The notes below the pieces were generated by a model. That model saw nothing but the letters and a program-made list of their open reading frames with translations. It searched no databases and was not told the origin of the DNA. From contig NC_135808.1 in assembly GCF_964213995.1 (NCBI RefSeq), forward strand, positions 21,762,001 to 21,826,000: 64,000 nucleotides of DNA, given 5' to 3'. The position numbers and the translations under genes are program-made. The DNA comes from Mustelus asterias. Taxonomy: Eukaryota. This document shows positions 49,504 through 60,384 of the stretch, piece by piece (the first letter of the stretch is position 1; the number at the start of each line of letters is the position of its first letter).

Positions 49504-50837
49504 CAGGTAGTAGTGAACCAGACACAACTTGAGGCAAGGTAGAGAGAGAATCAGGTCGGGCCGTCTCCATTTCTCAACTTATTCCCCAAGGAGACTGACT
49601 TCAAAACCAACAGGTTCAAAACTTAAAGTCTGTCCCTGCCATGAGATTTCCAGAACATCACTAGCCTTTGCTTTTCAGTTTTATTCCCCATCAATTAAAG
49701 TGATTCCAGTTCAGAACAAACAAACATCTCTTCCTCAAGTCCCACACAGCTCAGGTGAAGACAGGCTGGCTCCCAGTCCAAGGAGAACTTATGGCCTTCT
49801 TAAAAAAAATTTGCGAGGTCATCATCTATTACCAGATAATGCAATGTCTTTCCAAGATTTTTGGAAGGTATGATTGTCCCAACACATTGGATTAGTCCTA
49901 CTGTCAGTCAGAAGTTTCTCATCTCCAATAATTCAGCAAATTTCCTCTGCACCCTCTCCAAGGCCTCGACATCCTTCCTGAAACATTGTGACCAGAAACG
50001 GATACAATTCTCCAGCTGAGATCGAATCAATATTTTATCAATGTTCAGCGTGACCTCCTTGCTTTTATACTCTGTGCCTCTATTTACAAAGCAATGGGGT
50101 CCAGATGCTTCTTTCACAGCCTCATCACACCTTCCTGCCAGCCTCATACTCACTCAGGTCTCTCTGTTCCTGCAATCCCTTTATAACCATCCCATTCAGT
50201 TTAGATTAACTGTTCATTTTCTTCCCTTCAAACTGCATCACTTAAAACGCTTCTCTGCATTGTATTTGTGTCTGCCCATTTCACCATTCTCTCTAAGGGC
50301 ACATTGAACTTTATCTGGAGGGGGCTGGTATATAAAGTGATGGAAGTGAAGCTTCAGTTTAACAGAGTCTTGGTCAGACACTTTCTTGAGTCACTGTGTT
50401 CAGTTCTGGACACCACACCTCAGGAAGGAGAGATTGGTCTTGGAGGGGGTGCAGTTCTGATCACCAGAATAATAAAAGGAGGTTAAATAAAAGGGGTTTT
50501 TATTCCCCAGCTTTTAGAATGTTGATGGGTGATCTGATCGATCTGTTTATAATGTTAAAATAATTCAGCAGTGTGGAATCCACATCCAGTCTCTCCACAA
50601 TAAAAAGTTAACAATTGGAGCTTTTCAATCTCAGAGTGACAGATTTTTATTGGGTAATGATATCTGAGGATCTGGTTTATAGTCAGAAACTGGGGTCCAG
50701 ATCAGCAGTGATCTCACTGAATGGTTCGCTCAGACCTGCTGCTGTTCTTAATGTCCTTCCCTCAGTCACTGCATCAAACTCCTTTCAGCTGATTCTACCC
50801 GGCAACTGATGATGTCAACAGCTGTATTTACCTGATT

Positions 50838-51771
50838 GTAAGACGTTTAACAACACCAGGTTAAAGTCCAACAGGTTTATTTGGTAGCAAAAGCCACACA
50901 AGCTTTCGGAGCTCTAAGCCCCTTCTTCAGGTGAGTGGGAATTCTGTTCACAAACGGAGCATATAAAGACACAGACTCAATTTACATGAATAATGGTTGG
51001 AATGCGAATACTTACAACTAATCAAGTCTTTAAGAAACAAAACAATGTGAGTGGGGAGAGCATCAAGACAGGCTAAAAAGATGTGTATTGTCTCCAGACA
51101 AGACAGCCAGTGAAACTCTGCAGGTCCACGCAACTGTGGGCGTTACAAATAGTGTGACATGAACCCAATATCCTGGTTGAGGCCGTCCTCGTGTATGCGG
51201 AACTTGGCTATCAGTTTCTGCTCAGCAACTCTGCGCTGTCGTGTGTTGCAAAGGCCGCCTTGGAGAATGCTTACCCGAATATCAGAGGCCGAATGCCCGT
51301 GACCGCTGAAGTGCTCCCCAACAGGAAGAGAACAGTCTTGCCTGGTGATTGTCGAGCGGTGTTCATTCATCCGTTGTCGCAGCGTCTGCATAGTTTCCCC
51401 AATGTACCATGCCTCGGGACATCCTTTCTTGCAGCGTAACAGGTAGACAACGTTGGCCGAATTGCAAGAGTATGTACCGTGTACCTGGTGGATGGTGTGC
51501 TCACGTGAGATGATGGCATCTGTGTCGATGATCCGGCACGTCTTGCAGAGGTTGCTGTGGCAGGGTTGTGTGGTGTCATGGTCACTGTCCTCCTGAAGGC
51601 TGGGTAGTTTGCTGCGGACAATGGTCTGTTTGAGGTTGTGCGGTTGTTTGAAGGCAAGAAGTGGGGGTGTGGGGATGGCCTTGGCGAGATGTTCGTCTTC
51701 ATCAATGACATGTTGAAGGCTCCGGAGGAGATGCCGTAGCTTCTCCGCTATCTCCGCGGCATCTCCTCCGG
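50838..51771 (-). mobile_element. Penelope 3' fragment (GIY-YIG domain, 3'UTR, pLTR with hammerhead at 50897-50933)
   Basis: Near-identical to 11639-12550. Ends in a 15-bp fold-back. Confidence 0.93.
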
Positions 51772-52635
51772 TAAGTGAGGGGGGAGTGAGTGTCGGTGAG
51801 TGAGGGGGGAGTGAGAGTCGGTGAGTGAGGGGGGAGTGAGAGTCGGTGAGTGAGGGGGGAGTGAGAGTCGGTGAGTGAGGGGGGAGTGAGAGTCGGTGAG
51901 TGAGGGGGGAGTGAGAGTCGGTGAGTGAGGGGGGAGTGAGAGTCGGTGAGTGAGGGGGGAGTGAGAGTCGGTGAGTGAGGGGGGAATGAGAGTCGGTGAG
52001 TGAGGGGGGAGTGAGAGTCGGTGAGTGAGGGGGGAGTGAGAGTCGGTGAGTGAGGGGGGAGTGAGAGTCGGTGAGTGAGGGGGAGTGAGGGGGGGAGTGA
52101 GAGTCGGTGAGGGTCGGGGAGTGAGGTGGGAGTGAGAGTCGGGGAGTGAGGTGGGAGTGAGAGTCGGGGCGTGAGGTGGGAGTGAGAGTCGGGGAGTGAG
52201 GTGGGAGTGAGAGTCGGTGAGTGAGGGGGGAGTGAGAGTTGGTGAGTGAGGGGGGAGTGAGAGTCGGTGAGTGAGGGGGGAGTGAGAGTCGGTGAGTGAG
52301 GGGGGAGTGAGCGTCGGTGAGTGAGGGGGGAGTGAGAGTCGGTGAGTGAGGGGGGAGTGAGAGTCGGTGAGTGGGGTGGAAGTGAGAGTCGGGGAGTGAG
52401 GGGGGAGTGAGAGTGGGTGAGTGAGAGTCGGTGACTGAAGGGGGGAGTGAGAGTCGGTGAGTGAGGGGGGAGTGAGAGTCGGTGAGTGAGGAGGAGTGAG
52501 AGTCGGTGAGTGAGGGGGGAGTGAGAGTCGGTGAGTGAGGGGGGAGTGAGAGTCGGTGAGTGAGGGGGGACTGAGAGTCGGTGAGTGAGGTGGGGAGTGA
52601 GAGTCGGTGAGTGAGGGGGGAGTGAGAGTCGGTGA
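51771..52635 (+). repeat. Expanded 25-bp splice-donor minisatellite (~34 units), intron 3 of copy C
   Basis: Same unit as 9553-9716. Confidence 0.95.
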
Positions 52636-54129
52636 AGGGGGTGATGCCGGGACTCTCTATCTTGAGGTTCCTGTACTGACTCCTCTTTCTTTCTCTCTCA
52701 GTTGCCCCCGTCGTGTCCTTTACCCGTCTGGGTGATTCTAACCGGCTGTCCTGTGCCGTCACCGGGTTTTACCCTCAAGCCATCGAGGTGAATCTGTGGA
52801 GAGACGGAGTGGTGATTGATGAGACTCTGTCCACTGGGATTTTACCCAATCACGACAGCACCTACCAGATCCGGAAATGGGTAGAGTTTGATCCAGAGGA
52901 CCAGGCCGAGTATTCCTGTCGGGTGGAACACAGCGGGATGAAGGAGACACTGGTGGTGATTTACGGTAAGACTGTTTCTCACTGTTAGTGAGGCCCCAGC
53001 CTCAGGCCAGGATCACAGGAGGGAGGGTCAGTGCTGAGCTGTCAGCCGAGGATAGGGCTTTGAGGCCCAGTGATTAGCGCTGCTGCCTCACAGCACCTGG
53101 GATCCGCGTTCAATTCCAACCCTGGGCCGCTGTCTATGTGGAGTTTGCACATTCTCCCCGTGCCTGCATGGGTTTCCTCTCGGATCTCCGGTTCCTCTCG
53201 CAGTCCAAAGATGTGCAGGTTCGGTAGAGTGGCCATGCTAAATTGCCTGTTAGTGTCAGGGGGATTAGCAGGGTAAACACATGGGGTCACGTGGATAGAG
53301 CCTGGGTGGGATTGTTGTTGGTGCAGGCTCGATGGGCTGAATGGCATCTTTCTTTCTGTACTGAATGGATTCTATATATCTCTGATTCTATGACAGCCTG
53401 AGGCCCAGGATACAGAGCGAGGGAAAGATATATTAATCTTCAATACATTATATACCATGGTGCCACCATTCGGGGACAGGAATTGGGATTACTGGGATTT
53501 TACCGTGCCACAGGCCCTATTGTCTCCTGAGATATTATAGTATGAATGGGCCCAGTTTATCCTGGGATATTACAATATGGCAGGACCCAGTGAATCCTGT
53601 GTTACAGGCGGTGGGGGGTTGTCAGTATGAACTGCCCTGATTTCCCCCCTCACGACTCGTCCACTAACAGTCAGTTTTGTTTTAAATTCTGAGCTCTCTC
53701 TTTATAAATGGTGGCATCTTTTCCCCAACCCATAAATTTGGAGTGTTCCTATTCTCTGTGAATAACTTGCACAGTAAACCTGAGGTAAGATGAAAATACT
53801 CACATGAGAAAAGTTTCACAACATTGACCCCTCTGCACTCACACAGTGAACGGGGGATAAGGAGAAGGAAGAGGGTTCAGGGCCCGATCACAATAAAAAA
53901 AATGTGAGGGTTTTACATGTGTCCAGAATGAGCAGTCTAATGGAAGGTTTCTTTCAAGGGGAGGTTGATGGATTATAGGGTGGTCCACCTGCAGTGACTT
54001 TAACAAGGCCCAAGATGTGGACCTCTCAAAATATTCGCTCCCAAATTAAGCCAGTAATGGATTGTCCAATCAGGGAGCCCTGCATGTGTTCATAATGTGG
54101 AGTGTCAGCGTTACTCGCACTCTGGGTTT

Positions 54130-54432
54130 AAAGTTTGAAGTTTATTTATTAGTGTTACATTAGGCTTACATTAACACTGCAATGAAGTTACTGTGAAAAT
54201 CCCTGAGTCGCCACATTCCGGCACCTGTTCGGGTATACTGAGGGAGAATTTAGCATTACTAATCCACCTATCCAGCACAACCTTTGGACTGTGGTAGGAA
54301 ACCGGAGCACCTGGAGGAAACCCACACAGACACGGGGAGAACGCGCAGACTCCGCACAGACAGTGACCCAAGCGGGAATTGAACCCAGGTCCCTGGTGCA
54401 GTTAGGCAGCAGTGCTAACCACTGTGCCACCA
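54130..54432 (-). mobile_element. tRNA-derived SINE
   Basis: Same family as 46781-47090. Confidence 0.85.
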
Positions 54433-54539
54433 GTATGAGGAAGTACCTGTCTGAGTGTTGCTTACTATGTTCATACATCTAAATTTGGTGAAGGGACACC
54501 AGCCTCATGGGAGTTATTTCAGAAACATCTTCAGCCAGA

Positions 54540-54970
54540 GAATGGCTGCCTTAGTGAAGTCCTGATTAAGTAAACTAAAGCTTTCCAGGAAGGTCTTGGG
54601 ACAATCAAAGGAGCCAAGGCGACCTTACCTGTTGACTAGGAAGTGATTCCACAATTTTGCAAGGCCCGCCCAGCACCATTTGACTTACGGGTAAAAGTTG
54701 AAGCAGAAATCCAAAGACTGGAACGTGAAGGGATCATCAAACCAGTCCAATTTGTGGAATGGGCAGCACCAGTCTTACCAATTTTGAAGCCAGATGGATC
54801 ATTCCATGTTTGCGGGGATCCTAAACAAACGGTAAACTGTTTCTTGCAGCTGGTTGGAAGGATGACTCTTGTTTGTGAAACTTGACATGAATCACGCTTA
54901 CTTACAATTACAACTAGATGAGGATTCCCGGAGATATTCAACAATTCATCCTCAGAAGGGCCCTGTGCAA
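54540..54970 (+). mobile_element. Gypsy pol (start of RT) fragment
   Basis: KARPAPF..KVEAEIQRLEREGIIKPVQFVEWAAPVLPILKPDGSFHVCGD. Confidence 0.8.
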
Positions 54971-54977
54971 TCCACTT

Positions 54978-55459
54978 AGAACATAGAACATAGAACAGTA
55001 CAGCACAGAACAGGCCCTTCGGCCCACAATGTTGTGCCGAGCTTATCTGAAACCAAGATCAAGCTATCCCACTCCCTATCATCCTGGTGTGCTCCATGTG
55101 CCTATCCAATAACCGCTTAAATGTTCCTAAAGTGTCTGACTCCACTATCACTGCAGGCAGTCCATTCCACACCCCAACCACTCTCTGCGTAAAGAACCTA
55201 CCTCTGATATCCTTCCTGTATCTCCCACCACGAACCCTAGTTATGCCCCCTTGTAATAGCTCCATCCACCCGAGGAAATAGTCTTTGAACGTTCACTCTA
55301 TCTATCCCCTTCATCATTTTATAAACCTCTATTAAGTCTCCCCTCAGCCTCCTCCGCTCCAGAGAGAACAGCCCTAGCTCCCTCAACCTTTCCTCATAAG
55401 ACCTACTCTCCAAACCAGGCAGCATCCTGGTAAATCTCCTCTGCACTCTTTCCAGCGCT
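54978..55459 (-). mobile_element. Young CR1 LINE 3' end with (ttctatg)n tail
   Basis: ALERVQRRFTRMLPGL...RRLRGDLIEVYK, FFTQRVVGVWNGLP. Confidence 0.9.
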
Positions 55460-56693
55460 TTGAGAACATTACAGGTGCAGTGGACAATGGGGAACCTGTG
55501 GATTTGGCGTATCTGGATTTCCAGAACGAATTTGACAAGGTGCCACACCAAAGACTGCTACATAAGATAAAGGTGCACAGTGTTACAGGTAATGTATTAG
55601 CATGGATAGAGGATTGGTTAACTAACAGAAAGCAAAGAGTGGGGGTAAATGGGTGTTTTTCTGGTTGACTAGTGGTGTGCCTCAGGGATCAGTGTTGAGA
55701 CCGCAATTGTTTACGATTTACAGAGATGATTTGGAATTGAGGACCAAGTGTAGTGTGTCAAAATTCGCAGATGACACAAAGATGGCTGGACGAGCAAAGT
55801 GTGAAGAGCATGCTGAAAGTCTACAAAGGGATATAGATAATCGAAGTGAGTGGGCGAGGGTCTGGCAGATGGAGTACAATGTTGGTAAATGTGCGGTCAT
55901 CCATTTGGGTAGGAATAACAGCAAAATGGACTATTATTTAAATGGTAAAAATTTGCAGCATGCTGCTGTGCAGAGGGACCTGGGTATCCTTGTGCAGGAA
56001 TCTCAAGGAGTTGGTTTGCAGGTGCAGCAGGTAATTAAGAAGGCAAATGGAATTTTGACCTTCATTGCTAGAGGGATGGAGTTTAAAAACAGCAAGATTA
56101 TGTTGCAGCTGTATAAGGTGCTGGTGAGGCCACACCTGGAGTACTGTGTACAATTTTGGTCCCCTTACTTTAGAAAGGATATACTGGCACTGGAGGGGGT
56201 GCAGAGGAGATTCACTTGGTTGATTCTGGAGTTGAGGGTGTTGGCTTATGAGGAGAGACTGAGTAGACTGGGGCTATACTCATTGGAATTCAGAAGAATG
56301 AGGGGAGATCTTATAGAAACATATAAGATTATGAAGGGAATAGATAAGATAGAAGCAGGGAAGTTGTTTCCACTGGCGGGTGAAACTAGAACTCGGGGAC
56401 ATAGCCTCAAAATTAGGGGGAGCAGATTTAGGACTGAATTGAGGTGGAACTTCTTCACACAATGGGTTTGAATCTGTGGAATTCCCTGCTCAGTGAAGTA
56501 GTTGAGGCTACCTCATTGAATGTTTTTAAGGCAAGGATAAATACATTTTTGAACAGTAAAGGAATTAAGGGTTATGGTGTGTGGGCGGGTAGGTGGAGCT
56601 GAGTCCACAAAAAGATCAGCCATGATCTTATTGAATGGTGGAGCAGGCTTGAGGGGCCAGATGGCCTACTCCTGCTCCTAGTTCTTATGTTCT
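55460..56693 (+). mobile_element. CR1 LINE 3' region (RT and 3'UTR)
   Basis: YLDFQ..FDKVPH, GVPQGSVL, FADDTK and RPHLEYCVQFW motifs, then a ttcttatgttctt tail. Confidence 0.92.
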
Positions 56694-59600
56694 TAAATCT
56701 TTGTCAATAAGTGGGAATTGTATGCATCTGAACAGCATTCTATTTGAATCATTTTATTCAGTTTGTTAATGGTTTTGTTAACTTGTTCACTGTTAGTTAG
56801 ATAAATAAGTTGTTCCTTGTTGATTTTTGAGAGTGTCAGGCAGTTATTTTGATTTAACCAGTAAAAGTTGCTGAAGAGCAGATTGTACCACTTCACACTC
56901 ACTTTTACAGATTATGGCGAGGTGCTCCTCTTTGAGTGGTGAGGCCTTAGTTCTCAGAGGGGGATCAACCTCTGCTTCATAACAATAACCTATTTGGGAA
57001 ATTTAAACCCAATCTTGCCTCCATCCTGGCTCCATTACACCACCTACTAAAAAAAGATCAGCCTTGAGAGTCGTCTTCCAGTCAATCCTTGGCTTTCAAT
57101 AAACAAAAGCAACAACTTTCCTCTTTTAATATTCTGGCGCATTATGATCCCAGGAAAGAACTATCACTGACCTGCGACACATCCTTGTATGGCTTCATGA
57201 CGGCTTTTGCACATCAGTGGCCAAACAGAGTGGAATTGCTTATGCTCCCAGGACCTTGACTATTGCAAAAAAGCCCATGTCGAAAAAGAAGGGTTGGCGG
57301 TGATATTAGGAGTGAAAAGATTCCACCAGCGCCATTATGGGCAGAAATTTGTAAGTAAGACACAGACCACAAGCCACTCCTAGGACTGTTTAAAGAGGAC
57401 CAGGCAGTGTTGCCCATAACATCAGCCCGAATCCAGCAGTGGGCTTTATTACTGACCGCCTACAATTACCAGGAGGCCTTGAGCCGACTATCGTTAGCAG
57501 ATATCCGATCGGTGGTATCCCCAGTGGAAGAGTCTGTAATGACAATGATTTTTTTTGGAGACTCTCCCAGTGCAACTAAATAAGATTTGACCGTGGACTT
57601 AAAAAGGCCCAGTCCTTGCTAAATTTTAAAAATTCATTTGTGGGATATGGATGTTGCTGACTGGCCAGCATTTATTGCCCACCCCTAGTTGTCCTTGTCC
57701 GGAGGGCATTTGAGAGTCAACCACATTGCTGTGGATCTGAAGTGACAAGTAGGCCAGACCAGGTAAGGACGGCAGATTTTTTTTTCCCTAAAGAAGATTA
57801 GTGAACCCAGATGTTTTTTTTCTGACAATTGACAGTGATAGTGCCGGGGATTGTCAGAGGATACAACAGGATATAGATAGATTGGAGATTTGGGCACAAA
57901 AATGGGAGATGGAGTTTAATCTGGATTGATGCGAGGTGATGCATTTTGGAGGTTCAAATGTAGGTGTGAATTATACTGTAAATAGCAGAACTCTTAGGTA
58001 CATTAACATACAGAGGGATCTGGGTGTGCAGGTCCACAGTTACCTAAAAGTGGCAACACAAGTGGCCAAGGTGATTAAGAAATAATTTGGCATGCTTGCC
58101 TTTATCAGCTGGGGCATTGAGTCCAAGAGTTGGGAAATCATGTTGCAGCCATATAAAACCTTGATTAGGCCGTATTTGGAGTATTTTGTGCTGTTCTGGA
58201 CACCACCCTATCGGAAGGACGTAGAAGCTTTGGAGAGAGTGCAAGGAAGGTTCACCAGGAGTGACAGAAGGTGGGAAATGGTGTTCCGCAGTAATCAACG
58301 CTGGAATCACCGCTGTTCACACTTTACACTCACTTATTTTGACATTGGAATCGAAACACAATTTCTCAATTTGCTCAGGTCACCAAATTGGGACGAATTA
58401 TTCGATATGCAACAAAATAATAGAACATAAATAAATTTGTAGAATGGGCAAATAATTGGTGAATGGGGTTTAACACAGATAAACATGAGGTAGTTTTCTA
58501 TTGGGGGTGAATAGGGAGGTCTCTTATTACTTGGGAGGTGCCGGGCTGGATGGGGTTGAGGAACAAAGGGATTTCGGTTTACGTTAAACCAATCCGCAAT
58601 AGGTTAGGCAAGGCCATGAACAAAATAAATGGAAAATCAGTCTTTATTTCTCGAGGGATAGAATTGTAAAGCAAGGAAGTTATTGCTAAACCGTTATCAA
58701 ATCATGATGAGACCACATTTACAGACTGTGTGCAGTTCCAGTCACCATTTTACAGAAGGGTTTTTACTCACAGGAGAGGACATAGAGAAGATTTACAGAG
58801 ATGATTCAAGGAATGAGTGGGTGGACATCTCAGTGAAGGATTGACTGGCTGGGTCTCTGCTCTCAGGAAAACAGAAGGTTGACCTAATCGAGGATTTAAA
58901 ATTATGAAAGGTTTTTATGGACTGGAAACAGAAAGAATGTTTCCTCTTGTGGGAAGAATGTAACTCGGGGTCAGCAATACAAGATGGTCACCAAGAAACC
59001 TAATAGGGAATTCAAGAGAAACTTCTTTACTCAAAGAGTGATGTGAATGTGGAGCTCGCTGCCACAGGGAGTGGTTGAAGTGAACAGTATAGTTTAAGGG
59101 GAATGAATGAGAAGGAAATATGTAGTTAAGATGGTCAGTTTCGATGAGGGAAGATGGGAGGAGGATCAAATGGAGCATAAACACCAGCATCAACTAGATG
59201 GGCCAAATGGCCAGGTTCTGAGTCAGGTATTCTATGTTTTCTGATTGTCTCTCTCGCTCTCGAATTCACTCTCTCTCCATCATTCTCACGTTCTCTCTCC
59301 TCTTTTCCTCTCACATTCTCTCTCCCACTCTGATTCTCACTTTTCCCTCTCCCTGATTCACTCAGTCTCTCTGATTCTCTCTCTCTAACAGAACCAAAGT
59401 CTCGCTCCCAGGTTGCTGTTACTGTCGGGATTGTGGTCGGGGTCCTCGTGCTCATCGCTCTCATCATTGTGGCTGTCGTCATCTACAACAAGAAAGGTAG
59501 GAATTGGAGGGAAAAGAGCAGCTCCTCACTGGGGGGAGGGATTGTGGGAGAGTATTCCAGGGTGGGGGTGGCTCAGGCTCTGGGTCTCAGGTTGGTGTGG

Positions 59601-60384
59601 GGGTCACAGAGTGGGTGGGAGAGCCCAGGGTTGGGATAGGGAGGGTAAGGGGCTCAAGATAAAGGGGGAGTGTCTGTGAATTGTGGGAAGGGTCTCAGAT
59701 TGAATGACGAGTTCAGGGTATCAGTGAGGGTCCCGGGTCAGTGCGGGAGTGAGGGTCCAGGGTCAGTGCGAGAGTGAGGGTATTCGGTCAGTGCGGGAGT
59801 GAGGGTCCCGGGTCAGTGCGAGAGTGAGGGTCCCGGGTCAGTGCGAGAGTGAGGGTCCCGGGTCAGAAGGGGAGTGACGGTCCCGGGTCAGAGGGGCAGT
59901 AAGGGTCCCGGGTCAGAGGGGCAGTAAGGGTCCCGGGTCAGAGGGGGGAGTGAGCTTCCCAGGTCAGAGTGGGGAGTGAGGGTCCCGGATCCAGATGGGG
60001 GAGTGAGGGTCCTGGATCAGAGGGGGAGTGAGGGTCACGGGTCAGAGGGGGAGTGAGGGTCACGGGTCAGAGGGGCAGTGAGGAGGGTCCTGGGTCAGAG
60101 GGGGAGTGAGGGTCCCGGTTCACTGTGGGAGTGAGGGTCCCAGTCAGGGTGAGAGTGAGGATTTCAGAATTGTGTTGTAGGGGCTCAGTGCGAGCGAGAG
60201 TTCCAGCCTCTGTCTCTGATTTTCTCTCAGTCTCGTCACTCACTGAACATTCCATGTTTTACAGGGAGAGGGAAGAGTGACTACAATCCTACAAATAGTA
60301 AGCTGATCATCAAACATCATCTCTGCGTAACTGTGTGAATCACCATAAATTCTGTGTCAAATAGAGCATGTGTGTGTGTGTGTC

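Larger units (their letters stand above)
52702..60297 (+). pseudogene. MHC class I copy C, 5'-truncated: alpha3 (52702-52965), TM (59392-59496), cytoplasmic exon 6 (60265-60297)
   Basis: The three exons are open, with canonical splice sites. No alpha1 or alpha2 exon was found upstream. Exon 7 would lie beyond the window. Confidence 0.88.

Noticed and set aside
51143-52762. 539-aa ORF fusing Ser/Pro/Thr repeats to a GIY-YIG nuclease
   Set aside because: Chance in-frame join of antisense intron minisatellite and a truncated Penelope ORF, with no ATG start or promoter evidence.
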